Positions 7,836 to 19,787 are shown, counted from the first letter of the stretch. The stretch is 64,000 nt of DNA from an uncultured Gammaproteobacteria bacterium (GCA_963764725.1 CAVXTM010000010.1:128001-192000); one strand, 5' to 3'. The notes: a model not told the origin generated them from the letters alone. Numbers and translations: made by a program.

Positions 7836-7862
7836 ATATGCTGTCTACAAACTGTGCGCGCT

Positions 7863-7920
7863 AACCAACGGAGCGCGCGTTGTCTCACGTCAAGTTGTCC
7901 GGCGCTACGCTCCGTTATGC
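7863..7920 (+). repeat. attC site, shortened relative of 5306-5379
   Basis: AACCAACggagcg...cgctccGTTATGC. Confidence 0.7.
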
Positions 7921-8025
7921 GGCATCTGGCGCCTGCGCCCTGGTCCATCGTCGCGGAATGGCCGCTATCGGCAGCATCAGCGTTGGTAGGATGCCGGCGT
8001 AGCCTAGCCTGGCCTGGAAAATTTC

Positions 8026-8616
8026 ATGCACCCGCTTTCGATCTTCTTTCTCGGCATCGCGATGTCGACCGATGCTTTTGCCGCGGCCGTCGGCAAGGGC
8101 GCCGCCATGCACAAGCCGCGCTTTTCTGAGGCGCTGCGCGCGGGCGTTATTTTCGGCACCATCGAGGGTGTAACCCCCGTCATTGGATGGCTATTAGGTC
8201 TGGCAGCGGCAAAGCACATCAGCGCGTGGGACCACTGGATCGCCTTCACTCTGCTGGGCCTTCTCGGCCTGCACATGATCTATGCCGGCTTCAAACCAGA
8301 AAGCGACGGGGGCGCTACTGATACCGCCAAAGGCAGACATGGCTTCTGGAGCCTAGCCGCCACCGGCCTTGCCACCAGTATCGACGCGATGGCGGTAGGT
8401 GTCGGCCTCGCATTTCTCGACGTGAACATTGGCGTCGTTGCGGTGGTTATTGGCCTGACGACGCTCGTGATGGTGACACTCGGCATCATGCTCGGCCGCA
8501 TCCTAGGTAGTCTCACCGGAAAGCGTGCGGAGATCATCGGTGGCTTCCTGCTGATCGCGATCGGTGCCACGATTCTGTACGAGCACCTATCTGCTCAGAA
8601 TCGGAGTGTGCTTTGA
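8026..8616 (+). CDS. mntP: Manganese efflux pump MntP (cassette copy 2)
   Basis: Protein identical to 1972-2562. Confidence 0.93.
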   Translation: MHPLSIFFLGIAMSTDAFAAAVGKGAAMHKPRFSEALRAGVIFGTIEGVTPVIGWLLGLAAAKHISAWDHWIAFTLLGLLGLHMIYAGFKPESDGGATDTAKGRHGFWSLAATGLATSIDAMAVGVGLAFLDVNIGVVAVVIGLTTLVMVTLGIMLGRILGSLTGKRAEIIGGFLLIAIGATILYEHLSAQNRSVL

Positions 8617-8651
8617 GTTGGAAGCGGGCTAACAGAAGCTATGCAGATGCC

Positions 8652-8708
8652 GCATAACCAGTAAGGATTGAGACGACCATGGATGGTCGTTTCAATCCAA
8701 TGTTCAAG
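8652..8708. repeat. attC-like hybrid hairpin at the element junction
   Basis: Identical to 2598-2654. Confidence 0.75.
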
Positions 8709-8966
8709 AAGCCCGGTGTTGGGTGGGTTCTTTATTAAGGGGATTGCTTCGGTGAAGGGTGGGTGATGTGGTGGCTATGGGAATCGGGAGCTGGAGATAG
8801 CCGCAGTAGAGGGCGATCGGATCTGGGTGTTGGGTATCGTAATCGGATTTAGGGACCTGTTAATAATGCCTTTCAGGGTGCGAATTAGGGGTCGCAGGCA
8901 AAGGGAGGCCGTGACCCGAAGAAAACACTGGGCGGTGCGGCGCGAGCGTTTGCAAGTTGCTATGGG

Positions 8967-10136
8967 CTACACATGGGCTGGGGATCGTGTCGAGCCGGGT
9001 GGTCTGAGGTTTGTGGGCATCCATGGGCGGCGGATGCGCCGTGAGCTATGGAAGCGGAGTCGTCCCCCGCAGGCCTGGCAGGTCGGTTGTGGCCGGGGTG
9101 GCAGTTCGACCTCCGGTACGGTCACGGTGAAGCCAAAGGCCAATTCGACTTTGGCCTTGAGATCTGCGATGGGCACCTTGGCGGTGGGCGACAGCAAGCC
9201 ATAGTAGCGGTCTGACTGGCGCGCCAAGCAGGGCCAATCCCTGGCCCTGGCTCTCATGAACCCGGTAGGCAAGACGTGCTGGAGGAAACGGCGGATGAAC
9301 TCCAAGGCGTCGAGGATCACGGTCCGCAACCGAGCGCTGCCGGTTTTTTTGTAGGAGAAGGAGACCCGTCCGTCCTCGACCTTGAGGATGCGGTGATCCG
9401 AGATAGCCACCTTGAAGACGTAGGGAGCGAGATAGGCGATCGAAGCCTCGGCACGGGGTACGGCCTGGCAGTTGACGTTCCAGTCCTGCAGCCAGGTCTC
9501 CGAGGGGATCTGATCGAGCAGTCCGGCGGTGTGCATGAGATCGCGGAACTTGCCGCGGAACAGCCGTGAGAGGGCTTTCACGGGCAAGAAGAAGGCGAGG
9601 CTTGAAGCATGCCAGGCGCCATCCTCAGCGGAAAGCGCCCCGCCCGGCACGACGTAATGGATGTGTGGGTGATACTGCAGTTGCCGGCCCCAGGTGTGAA
9701 GCACGCCGAAGAAACCGGCTTGGTCGGCGTTGAGGAAGCGCGGATCGCGCACCAGCGTCTTGATGGCTTGAGAGGATGCCTGGAACAGTGCATCGTAGCC
9801 CAGTTGCTGGTGGCTACGCAGAAACGCGCGCAGGGGCTCGGGAACGGTGAAGGTGAGCATAAAGTGGTGGCCTGGCAGCTGGCGTTGGAGCTGTCGCTCG
9901 AGCCACTGCTGGGACTTGCGGTGTTGGCAGCCGGGGCAATGACGATTGCCGCAGGCGGCCGGAACGAGATGGTGATGGCCGCAGTCATCGCACTGATAGC
10001 AGACTGAGCCATAGGTCTCGGTGCGGCATTGACAGATGGCCTCGATGGTCTTTTTGTGCTCTCTGGGCATGGATTGTTCGTAGTGCTGGAGATATCCAGG
10101 GCCGTAGGTGCGGAAGATGTCATTGATGATGCCCAT
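8967..10136 (-). CDS. IS91-family transposase
   Basis: Near-identical to 2913-4088. Confidence 0.93.
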   Translation of the reverse strand: MGIINDIFRTYGPGYLQHYEQSMPREHKKTIEAICQCRTETYGSVCYQCDDCGHHHLVPAACGNRHCPGCQHRKSQQWLERQLQRQLPGHHFMLTFTVPEPLRAFLRSHQQLGYDALFQASSQAIKTLVRDPRFLNADQAGFFGVLHTWGRQLQYHPHIHYVVPGGALSAEDGAWHASSLAFFLPVKALSRLFRGKFRDLMHTAGLLDQIPSETWLQDWNVNCQAVPRAEASIAYLAPYVFKVAISDHRILKVEDGRVSFSYKKTGSARLRTVILDALEFIRRFLQHVLPTGFMRARARDWPCLARQSDRYYGLLSPTAKVPIADLKAKVELAFGFTVTVPEVELPPRPQPTCQACGGRLRFHSSRRIRRPWMPTNLRPPGSTRSPAHV

Positions 10137-10137
10137 C

Positions 10138-11010
10138 TCAGAGTCCCTCCATCACCTGGTTGATGAGGGCCGAGGCGTTTTCCTGACCGGTCTGGGTCAG
10201 GTGCAGGTAGATCATGGTGGTTTCAAGACTGCTGTGGCCGAGGTAACGTTGGATGGTGCGGATATTGACGCCCGCTTCCAGGAGGTGTGTGGCATAGGAG
10301 TGCCTGAGAGAATGCACGCAGGCTTCTCGGGCTCGGATCTGGGCTGCGAACTTGGCGCGCCGGAAGGCGCCCTGCACCGAGCTTTTAGCCATGGGATGGT
10401 CAGCCGAGCGTGCGGACTTCGCATTACGCCCCATCGCCGGAAAGAGAAGTCTCGGGTTGCGGTGTGAAGCCCAGTGTTTGCGCAGGATGAGGAGGGTTGC
10501 TTGGGGCAGCGGGAGGAGGCGATCCTTGGAGCCTTTCCCGCGGTGGATGTGCAACATCATGCGCTGGCTATCAATATCCCCCACCTCCAGATGCTGGGCT
10601 TCCTGCAAGCGCAGACCGCAAGCATAGACGGTGGCGAGGAAGGCGTAGTTATGCGGGGTGCGTACGCAGCCCAGGAGTCGGCGGACTTCTTCACGGCTGA
10701 GCACCGTGGGCAACTGTTGCTCGCGTTGAGCATGGATAAGCTTGAGCGTGTGCCAGTCGCGATGCAGGACATGCTCGAAGAAAAACCGCAGCCCGCTGTA
10801 GCAGATCCGCAAGGTCGCGGGTGACCAACGATCGACGTTACGCCGGTGGAGAAAATAGCGCTGCAGATCGTCCTCGGTGATCTGATCCGGGGTTTTATGG
10901 TAGAACTCAACAAGCATGCGCACGGCGCGGGTGTAAGCTTCTTGGGTGCGTTCGCCTTTACCGTTGAGCTGGAGGGCTTGAATGGATTTCTCGTACCAAT
11001 CTTTCATCAT
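10138..11010 (-). CDS. Tyrosine recombinase
   Basis: Near-identical to 4090-4962; differs at the N-terminus (EKSIQ vs QKSIN). Confidence 0.93.
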   Translation of the reverse strand: MMKDWYEKSIQALQLNGKGERTQEAYTRAVRMLVEFYHKTPDQITEDDLQRYFLHRRNVDRWSPATLRICYSGLRFFFEHVLHRDWHTLKLIHAQREQQLPTVLSREEVRRLLGCVRTPHNYAFLATVYACGLRLQEAQHLEVGDIDSQRMMLHIHRGKGSKDRLLPLPQATLLILRKHWASHRNPRLLFPAMGRNAKSARSADHPMAKSSVQGAFRRAKFAAQIRAREACVHSLRHSYATHLLEAGVNIRTIQRYLGHSSLETTMIYLHLTQTGQENASALINQVMEGL

Positions 11011-11175
11011 GGAAGGTCTCCTGTCGTAAAGGGAATAGAAGTCCGGGAAGCTCCACGGACTACGACAGAAGAACAGAGTTGACCTGAAGGCTAAAGGCCG
11101 GCGACCGATGGGTATGAGACAAACCGAACTACGGCAACCAGGATCGGCAAATCGAATCTGCCGCGTAGCGGCTTA

Positions 11176-11253
11176 CTTGAACATCCGCATGCACCTGACC
11201 GGATACAGCGCGCTTCGCCCGCTTTCGCCGGCAGGTGATGCGGGGCGTTAGAC
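11176..11253 (+). repeat. attC site
   Basis: CTTGAAC atccgcatgcacctg...caggtgatgcggggc GTTAGAC. Confidence 0.88.
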
Positions 11254-11258
11254 CGCAT

Positions 11259-11765
11259 ATGACACGGCCGCCGACCTTGTCAACGTCAAGCCAGGCTGTT
11301 GGCCTTCTCGTCTGGCTGTTGGTGGCGTTTGCAGCCGCTGCCGTCGGCGGGTTCGCGTCGGCAAGCGCAAGCGAGTTCTACCGCGATCTTGTCCGCCCAT
11401 CGTGGGCGCCGCCAGATTGGCTGTTTGGCCCAGTCTGGTCGGTTCTATACGCGCTCATGGGCGTCGCTGCATGGTTGGTCTGGCGAGCGCGCGGGTTCGG
11501 TGGCGCTCGAAACGCGCTGCTCGTCTTCGTCGTCCAGTTAGCTGCCAATGCTCTATGGACCTGGTTGTTCTTTGTGTGGCGCCAAGGTGGGTTGGCCTTT
11601 GCAGAGATACTCCTACTTTCGGCTCTCATCCTCGCAACCATTTTCTTGTTCTGGCGGGTAAGTAGGCTTGCGGCGGTGTTGCTCTTCCCCTATCTCTTGT
11701 GGGTTTTGTTCGCGTCAGCGCTTACGCTCTCCACATGGCGGCTTAACCCGAGGCTACTGGGGTGA
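11259..11765 (+). CDS. tspO: TspO/MBR tryptophan-rich sensory protein (last cassette)
   Basis: YRDLVRPSWAPPDWLFGPVWSVLY, NALWTWLFF, PYLLWV. Confidence 0.92.
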   Translation: MTRPPTLSTSSQAVGLLVWLLVAFAAAAVGGFASASASEFYRDLVRPSWAPPDWLFGPVWSVLYALMGVAAWLVWRARGFGGARNALLVFVVQLAANALWTWLFFVWRQGGLAFAEILLLSALILATIFLFWRVSRLAAVLLFPYLLWVLFASALTLSTWRLNPRLLG

Positions 11766-11784
11766 GTTCCGAGCGTGAGCGGTC

Positions 11785-12012
11785 GGGGAGATAGGTAACA
11801 GAAAAGTCCGGAGACATGGGTTACACATTATGTCGTGAAAGCCGTCCGAAGGATCCTCGATGCGCATGTGTCTTTCGAGTAGGCGTCCGAGTTTGAGCGG
11901 TCCGAAATACACGTTCCAGACGCCCTCATCAATCTCTTCGAGGCCTACGTATTCTCCGGCGCAGGTAATGGAAACATTGACCCACTGGTGATTCCAGCGG
12001 ATACCGCCATTG
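11785..12012 (-). pseudogene. IS481-family remnant (transposase C-terminus and end repeats)
   Basis: Minus strand NGGIRW...GEYVGLEEIDEGVWNVYFGPLKLG; tandem GGAGAyA.GGT.ACA end repeats. Confidence 0.7.
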
Positions 12013-12035
12013 TGGCTGACGTAGCGGAGCTGCTG

Positions 12036-12173
12036 CGCCTTTCAAGAAGTCTCCTTCCCAGTGGCCCGGCACGAGGCGCTCGGTCACCTCTGGGGGGCCA
12101 CTGCCGGTAATGCTCTCCCATGCAACACCTCCTTCTCTCAAATACAGCATTGTGTTGCACTTGATATTAGACC
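12036..12173 (-). pseudogene. IS30-family remnant
   Basis: PPEVTERLVPGHWEGDFLKG motif; TGTTGCACTT-type end. Confidence 0.7.
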
Positions 12174-12232
12174 CATAATATTGTGGTCTGTCCCCTATTT
12201 CCCAACCTATTTCCCCAAGTACGGGCGTTTTT

Positions 12233-15200
12233 GTGGACCTGAAGCGGTTCGTTCAGCGGGTCAGGAATCCCTGGGTGCTTGGTATTGCCGCCGCGCTGCT
12301 CTTATACGCTCTCGCCGGGTTTTTGCTCATCCCCTATCTGGTGCGGCATTATGTTCCGAAGCTCGCTGCCGAGCAGCTCCGCTGTCAGGCCGCTGTCGCC
12401 GAAGTACGGTTTAACCCCTTCCTATTTGAGTTCGAGGCGAAGGACTTTTCTTTCAAAGACGCGGCCGGGGAAGCTATATTTGGTTTTCAGCGCCTGTTCG
12501 TCGATTTCGAGGTGGAAAGCCTGTTCCGCTGGGCATGGACGTTTGCAGATATACGGCTTGAGGGTTGGTCTGCTGATTTGGTGATCGATCGGGAAGGCCG
12601 GCTGAACCTGGCCAAAGTCGCCGCTCGGCTTCCGGAGTCCGACGAGGAATCGAAACCCGATGACAAGCCGCCACGGCTCTTGCTGAAGCACATCGTACTC
12701 ACAGGTGGCTCGGTGAAATTCACGGATCGCTTGAAGTCTTCTCCGGTCGCGGAAACGGTTAGTCCGATCGACCTGGAGTTCGACGCAATCTCGACGCTTC
12801 CTGAGCACCGCGGGTCCCATGTAGTCAGCGCCAAACTGGCGAACGGCGGGGTAGTGGAATGGAAGGGCCATGTCTCCTTGAACCCAATCCGTTCGGAAGG
12901 TGAAGTGCGACTCGAGGGCTTCAAACTAGCGACGCCTTGGAACTTCGTCCGTGACCAGTTGAACCTGGCCAAACCCTCAGGGGATGTGGGCGCAACAGCC
13001 CGTTACCGCTTCCGATATGACCAAGCCAAAGCCGACCTGGCCGTGAACGATGTGGGCGTCAAATTGACGGGATTGCGGCTGTCTACCCCTTCTGCTCCGG
13101 AGCCGATCCTGGTCCTCGACACCATGGAGATCGCGGGGGCTCGCTTTGACCTTGCGAGCCGGGAATTGACTGTGCCGGCATTCAACGTGCTCAAGGGGCA
13201 TGTTGCCGTGTCTGTCGGCGAGAAGGGCGTCGCTAATTGGGAGACCTTGGTGAAGCCGGGAGCTACCACCGATGCGCCGCGGCCTGCTTCGCCCGCGACT
13301 TCGGCCGGTGCGCCCGAAGCGCCTTGGCGGGTTAAGCTCGAAGCATTCAAAGTAGCGGACATCGGGATCACTTATGCAGATGCCAGTCACGCTTTACCCT
13401 CCGTGATCTCCGTCGGGGCTTTCAAGCTGGGGCTGGGCGCGGAAGCGGAAACCGGCGCCGCTGCACCGAAGGCGCGGATCCGGGACTTGACTGTCAGTCT
13501 GGAGCGCATTGCCGTTGCCGAAGGAGATAAGAGCGATTCGCTTGCGACCTTGGATTCCATTGAGGTCGAGGGCGGACATCTGGATCTCGAGAAACGGGAA
13601 GCCACCATCCAACAGGTGGCCCTACAGGGAGGGGGCGCCAAGGTAGCCCGAGATGCGAATCAATCAATCCGTTTACTTGAATTATTCGGGCCTCGGGACC
13701 GCGAAAATGTCCATCCGGAGATCGATGTCACCGAAACGCAGAACAAGGACGGCGGCAAGCCGTGGCGCTTCGCGCTCAAGGCGTTCGACCTCCAGGAGTT
13801 TCGCATGGCGCTTATCGACCAAAGCGTATCGCCCGAGCTTGCGTACGACATAGAGGACATGAAAGTCGCGCTCACGGACATCACCAATGACGGCCAGACA
13901 CCCATCGGGTTCGATGCGCGGCTCAAGATCAAACAAGGCGGTGCGTTGAGCACGACGGGACAACTGTCACAAAAGGCTGATCGCGCGGAGGCGCAGGTCA
14001 AGATCGAGGGAGTGAACCTGACGCCGCTGAAGCCGTTGGTGGCACAGGTCGCGGCGCTTACACTCGAGAGCGCCGCCGTCTCCGCCAATATGCGGGTCGA
14101 TTATAGCCAAGCCAAAACGGGTCTCTCACTCAAGGCGGCGGGTGCGTTTAGCCTCGATGAACTGCTCCTAAAACTATCCAAGAGCGGCGAGCCCTTCCTG
14201 TCCTGGAAGGCGCTGTCTGCCGATGGCTTCGACTTCAGCCTCGGCCCCGACAAGATCTCCATCAAGGAAGTGCGACTCGTCGAACCGGGCACGAACATCG
14301 TGATCTTCAAGGATCAAACAGTTAACCTCGCCGCTGCCTTCCAACGCGCGCCATCTTCCAGGCCGCCGGCAAAGACGGAAAGGCCGAAGAGTGATCGCGC
14401 CAATCCGATTCCAGTGACCGTGGAGCGTGTCCGGATCGAGCGGGCGGACGTCGACTTCGCCGACTTGAGTCTGGCCCTTCCGTTCGCCGCCCGCATCCAC
14501 GAATTATCCGGCGCGGTGACCGGCATCTCCTCGGCTCCTAGCAACCGAACCAGGCTAAAGGTTGAGGGCCGTGTAGACGAATACGGCCAGGTCAACGTGG
14601 AGGGGTCGTTAAGCCCGTTGCAGCCTACGGCGTTTAGCGATGTTAAAGTGATATTCCGCAACGTTGCGATGTCACCGCTTTCGCCCTACAGCGGCACTTT
14701 TGCCGGGCGTAGGATCCAATCCGGAAAGCTGAACCTGGATCTGGAATACAAAGTTGAGGATCGCAGGTTGAAGAGCAACAACACCATCATCCTCGATCAA
14801 TTTACCTTGGGTGAGCAGGTCGAGAGTAAGAAAGCGGTGAGCTTGCCCCTCGACCTTGCGATCGCGCTGCTCACCGACAGCGAGGGCAAGATCAACGCGT
14901 CCGTGCCCATCACAGGCGACGTGGACCATCCTGAATTCAGCGTTGGGCACTTGGTCTGGGAGGCGATCGTCAACTTCATCACCACGGCCGTCACCGCGCC
15001 TTTCAAGGCACTCGGCGCCATCGTCGGGGGGAGGAGGGCCTCGACGCGATCCTGTTTCCGCCGGGTATCGATACCATCCCGCCGCCCGAGCGCGAAAAGC
15101 TCGCAAAAGTGGCATTGACCAAGCGGCCAATGATCGCGCTAACGGTACGCGGGGCGTACAACCCCGCGGCCGATGGCGCAGCGCTCAGGTCATTGCAGGT

Positions 15201-15663
15201 GCGGCGCGCGCTGGCGCAAGAACTCGATGTTGACTTGCAACCGGAAGAGGACCCGGGTCCGGTGGCCGTTGACAACCCCGAGACGCAACGCGCGCTGGAG
15301 GCGTTGTCCGACGAACGCCACGGCGAAGACGCCATCGAGAAGTTTGAGGCGAGTTACGAAAAATCTCAAGGCAAGAAGCCAAAAAGAGTCAGCGCAATCT
15401 TGTCACTGATGGGCCGGGCTAGCGAGGACGTCGATTTCTACGAAAAATTATTCCAGCACCTTATCGGAAAGGCCCCGTTGGCAACCGCCGACCTTGAAGC
15501 TTTGGCCGTACGGCGTGCTACGGCGGTTACCAAGGAACTGACGAGTCAGGCAGGATTCGATCCATCTCGTGCCACCGCCGGGGAAATCGAGCAGGTCCAA
15601 GATACCCAGGCGGACAGCGTCCCGACCAAACTCGAGCTTGGGGCGCTTGAACACAGGCATTAA
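12233..15663 (+). pseudogene. DUF748-domain large envelope protein, frameshifted near 15030
   Basis: VRFNPF, GKLNLDLEY, LPLDLAIALLTDSEGKI, TAPFKALG; continues in another frame after a G-run (EEGLDAILFPPG...LTKRP). Confidence 0.85.
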
Positions 15664-15671
15664 AGGAACGG

Positions 15672-15749
15672 GGCGCCGGATCATCGATATTAGCTTTCCG
15701 GAAATCGAAAAATTCGACCGCCTGCCCGAGGTGCGGGCGCAGGGCCCGA
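15672..15749 (+). repeat. Duplicated internal fragment of miaB
   Basis: Near-identical to 18790-18867 ([25 protein letters not shown]). Confidence 0.92.
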
Positions 15750-15810
15750 TTAAAATGGAGGGCGGCAATCGGCAAGATGGGAGCGTCAAGGGCGCCGGCG
15801 CGTCTTCGCG

Positions 15811-16290
15811 TCACTCCACGAGCGGGATCTCAGAAGCCAACTCGAAGCGCTCGCCCGCACGAATCTTGCCTTCGATCTGGAGATAGCGCGCCACCTTCTT
15901 GCCCGGCAGCACTCTCGCCAACTTCTCGGCGTACGTCTTGCGGAGCTTGGCCTCGGATTCCTCGACGGCAATCGCTTCGTTGATGATTTTCTTGGCCTGC
16001 TCGTCCGTCAGCGTGTTGTTGTTATAGGCATTGGCGTACTCATCGATCGCCTCGCCCAGCCGCTCGTTGATCTGCTGCAGATCCTTCTGGTAGGCTTCGT
16101 AAATCGGCCAGAACACTTTGGCCTCGCTGTCTGTGAGCAGCATGTTCTGCGCCACCAACAGCCGTTTGTCGGCTTTGACCTTGTCCCCCAAGATCTGCAT
16201 GTTGGTGTCGCTAGCGGGGCTGTCTTGGGCCCCGGCGAACGTGGTCAGCAGCGCCGTTGCGCACAATACCGAGCAGATGAGTGTCTTCAT
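15811..16290 (-). CDS. Secreted helical hypothetical protein
   Basis: Signal peptide; [24 protein letters not shown]. Confidence 0.8.
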   Translation of the reverse strand: MKTLICSVLCATALLTTFAGAQDSPASDTNMQILGDKVKADKRLLVAQNMLLTDSEAKVFWPIYEAYQKDLQQINERLGEAIDEYANAYNNNTLTDEQAKKIINEAIAVEESEAKLRKTYAEKLARVLPGKKVARYLQIEGKIRAGERFELASEIPLVE

Positions 16291-16372
16291 GCGATCCCCC
16301 TTTCGTACGCTAACCTTTGCAACCGTTTTGGAGACGCGCTACGCACCCCAGCAGCTATATCGTGTCTCCGTC

Positions 16373-17363
16373 CTAGAAATCGCCCAGATAGATGCGAATA
16401 CCGAAGGAAAAGAGAGCCGAGTCAAGATTGCCCTGCAACTCGGGGCCACCGTCGATCTGAAGCGTCTGGCCGCGCAAGAAGAGGTATCGCGCCTCGAGGT
16501 TGAAGGCGATGTTACTTGTGACAAAGTACTCGATACCGCCACCCAGCGACGCCGCAATGCCAAGGTCATTCCCGTCCAGCACCAGATCCATCCCCGCAGG
16601 CTTGCCGTCGTTGCGCTCACTGATGCCGATACCCAGTCCGGCAAGCGCGTAAGGGACCACACGTCCGTCCAGTAGCGGGTGCCGCATCCGAAATTGTGGG
16701 AGGACGGTATAGATTGCCTGTTCAGTAATGTCGCCAAGACCGGGACGATGGAGCACCAGCTCAAACGTCTCGAAAGAGATCTCGGCGCCGAAGTTTCGTC
16801 CGAAGTTCATACCCACCGCGAGGCCGAAAAGCTGGTCCAGGGTGTCAAAATACGCTGGCGGCTCCGCGGCGGCTTCGATACCGGAAAAGACCTCATCGTT
16901 CACTGGTAAGGCTCCGCCGGCACGGCGCCGATTGAAGCAACGGGGGTGCTGGACTCCGTGTCTATCGTCACGCCGGACGCCGAAGACACCTGATCGTTGA
17001 ACTGTGTGAATCCGATGCCGCCGCCCACGAGCAGGTAAGGGACGAGCCGGTCACGTAGCAGCGGATAGCGCAGCCGAACCTGCGGCACGATGCTCCAAAC
17101 GCTGTATTCTCCAATCTTGCCAAAGCCGGCAGGTTCGACGAATAGTTCATAGGAATCAACGGCTACCTCAATACCCACGTATCTGTTCAGGTTGGCGCCG
17201 AGCCCTATGCCCCAGGCGTCATGCACACCCGTCAGCGGATTGGTGTCCTGCATTCTGAGATTCAGGTAATAGCGGAGGCTATCGCTGTCCTCGCAGCGGG
17301 CGGGGGACCCCCGGGGATCAACCCGATTGCAATCGCCGAGCACAGAATGGTCATTCGTGTCAT
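16373..17363 (-). pseudogene. Tandem outer-membrane beta-barrel protein, frameshifted/deleted
   Basis: Two repeats of PQxRxRxPLL..RxVPY..GxGIG in different frames; signal peptide from 17363; C-terminal aromatic residue. Confidence 0.7.
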
Positions 17364-17599
17364 GAAGCTATCTTTCCTTCATGGCAAGCTCATCAGTCGG
17401 CGCTTGCTGAAGACTGCAAGAGACACCCTTCGCGGGTGCTCGTGCACCCGCACTCCGTGAATGAATTTCACGTCCTTTGCGACAGCAGCGCTTTGCCGGT
17501 CGGGTCGAGGGGAGTAAGAATTTTAAAAGAGCCTTTTTTTCGGGAGCAAAGATACGACTGAAGCGTCTAGCTGTCAAATACGCATGATCGCCGCGGTCC

Positions 17600-18299
17600 G
17601 GAATCGGGGAATTAGGCTTCGAAAATCCGCTCCCGTCTCCGGCGAGGTCCCAGGTCCACGACCCAAGCTCGGCCGCGCTGGTCGCCAACTCCATGCGTTG
17701 CTCGCTCTCGCGCAGCCGGGCCCGCGGGCCCGCAACTCTTGGGTGAGCTGCGCGTACCCCCAACGTCGCGGGTCAACTCATAGCTCATGGCGATCACGAC
17801 GATAAGGAAACCCAGGCTGATCATATAGGGCATTCGCAGCATGCCCGTATCTACCAACACCGCCTGAACGGTGGCCGCACGAGGAAGGTAATACTGCCGC
17901 CGATCACCCACGGCGCCGACCGCCCTGCCGCCAGAGCGTGCGGGAGGGTCGGAGGAAACCAATCCCGACATTGGGGAGCAGATTCCACGGGCTGTACACG
18001 CCTCGTGCGACGGAGAACGCCTCTCACCAGGATGTCTGCTCCGTTATTAGGCCGGTCATCTCCGTATAGACTGTGCTGTGCAGCGAACGAATATTGAGGA
18101 GTAGCGTCAGCGTCGGCGGCCCGAGCGCGGTCAGTGAAAGCAGATACGCCCTTTGGCGCGTTTGCTAGAACCAGATGGCGAGGTACATACATCCGGCAAG
18201 GATGCTAGCGGGTGCAGCGCGACGGCGATATTGGACTTTGGCCCAATGCCGCAATGCAGCAATGCGGTAATGAATAGCTGCGCGGCGAGGGAGAGCAAC
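17600..18299 (-). pseudogene. Decayed membrane sensor kinase (TM + PAS) fragment
   Basis: Fragments MSYELTRDV and LRESEQRMELATSAAELGSWTWD spread over several frames. Confidence 0.6.
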
Positions 18300-18361
18300 G
18301 CAGGTCCAAGATACCCAGACGGACAGCGTCCTGACGAAACTCGAGCTCGGGGCGCTTGAAC
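18300..18361 (+). repeat. Duplicated 3' end of the DUF748 gene
   Basis: Near-identical to 15591-15652. Confidence 0.9.
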
Positions 18362-18425
18362 GCATGGAAATACCGCGGCATTAGGTGTAGTTTAAATATA
18401 GAGATTGGGCGCTTCTGAGGGGTAC

Positions 18426-19787
18426 ATGCTGCATAAGCTCTACATAAAAACCTTTGGCTGTCAGATGAATGAATACGATTCCTCCCGGATCGTCGCTGCC
18501 TTGGAGAAATCGCATGGGTTGTCCAAGACCCAGAACCCTGCGGAGGCCGATGTTCTCATCGTTAATACCTGCTCCGTGCGAGAGAAGGCGCAGGAAAAGC
18601 TATTCTCGCAGCTAGGGCTCTGGCGCCAGTGGAAAAGGGTCCGGCCAGAGCTCGTCATCGGAGTGGGCGGCTGCGTGGCCAGCCAGGAAGGAGCGGCGAT
18701 TTGGGAGCGCGCCCCCGATGTCGACGTGATTTTTGGACCTCAGACCCTCCACCGGTTGCCGGCGATGTTGAACGCCGCGGCAGGGACGAGGCGCCGGATC
18801 ATCGATATCAGCTTTCCGGAAATCGAGAAATTCGACCGCCTGCCCGAGGTGCGGGCGCAGGGCCCGACGGCATTCGTTTCCATTATGGAGGGTTGCAGCA
18901 AGTATTGTTCGTTTTGTGTCGTGCCTTATACGCGCGGGGAGGAGTTCAGCCGGCCTTTCGACGATGTGATCACCGAGATCGCCGGGCTTGGCGAGCAAGG
19001 CGTGCGCGAGGTGACGCTCCTCGGTCAGAACGTCAATGCTTACCGCGGAGCGATGCACGATGGCAAGATTGCCGATCTCGCCGTATTGCTGCATTATGTG
19101 GCCGACATCGATGGCATCGAACGCATCCGCTTTACAACCTCGCATCCGCTGGAATGTTCCGATCGCTTGATCGCGGCCTACGCGGACATTCCGCAACTTG
19201 CGGATCACTTGCATCTGCCGGTGCAGAGCGGATCGGACCGCGTCCTCGCACTGATGAAGCGCGGTTACACCGCGCTCGAATACCGTGCCAAGATCCGCAA
19301 GCTGCGCGAGGTCCGGCCGGGCATCAGCGTGTCCTCGGATTTTATCGTCGGTTTTCCGGGCGAGACCGAGGAGGATTTCGAGAAAACCCTAACTCTGGTC
19401 GACGCCGTAGGATTTGATCAATCGTTTAGCTTTATCTATAGCAAGCGCCCGGGCACGCCAGCCGCGAGTCTCCCCGATGAGGTTCCGGAGGAGGTAAAAA
19501 AGGAGCGGCTACGGATCCTGCAAACGCGCATCGACGAAAACGCCCGAAACATCAGTGTGTCCATGGTGGGCAAGGTGGAACGCATCTTGGTGGAAGGCCC
19601 GTCGCGCAAGAACCCAGAGGAGCTGTGCGGCCGAACCGGCAACAACCGGGTGGTGAACGTGGCCGCGCGCCCGCGCCTCGCCGGCCATTTTGCCGAGGTG
19701 CGGATCACCGAGGCCTTAGCGCATTCGCTGCGCGGCGAGCTCATCGGGTGCGCGAACGAGTCTACTGATCGCCCAGTGCTCGCTTGA
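18426..19787 (+). CDS. miaB: tRNA-2-methylthio-N6-dimethylallyladenosine synthase
   Basis: [23 protein letters not shown] domain. Confidence 0.97.
   Translation: MLHKLYIKTFGCQMNEYDSSRIVAALEKSHGLSKTQNPAEADVLIVNTCSVREKAQEKLFSQLGLWRQWKRVRPELVIGVGGCVASQEGAAIWERAPDVDVIFGPQTLHRLPAMLNAAAGTRRRIIDISFPEIEKFDRLPEVRAQGPTAFVSIMEGCSKYCSFCVVPYTRGEEFSRPFDDVITEIAGLGEQGVREVTLLGQNVNAYRGAMHDGKIADLAVLLHYVADIDGIERIRFTTSHPLECSDRLIAAYADIPQLADHLHLPVQSGSDRVLALMKRGYTALEYRAKIRKLREVRPGISVSSDFIVGFPGETEEDFEKTLTLVDAVGFDQSFSFIYSKRPGTPAASLPDEVPEEVKKERLRILQTRIDENARNISVSMVGKVERILVEGPSRKNPEELCGRTGNNRVVNVAARPRLAGHFAEVRITEALAHSLRGELIGCANESTDRPVLA

Larger units (their letters stand above)
8659..11182 (-). mobile_element. IS91-family element with tyrosine recombinase, inserted in attC R'' (copy 2)
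   Basis: Same boundaries as copy 1. Confidence 0.85.
1..11784 (+). mobile_element. Integron gene-cassette array, distal end; intI/attI not in window
   Basis: Run of short + strand ORFs each followed by an imperfect palindrome of form RYYYAAC...GTTRRRY; includes a TA cassette. Confidence 0.93.

Noticed and set aside
327-11253. Recurring palindromes as a CRISPR array
   Set aside because: The repeats differ in sequence and length and are separated by whole genes; no cas genes are present; they fit attC structure.
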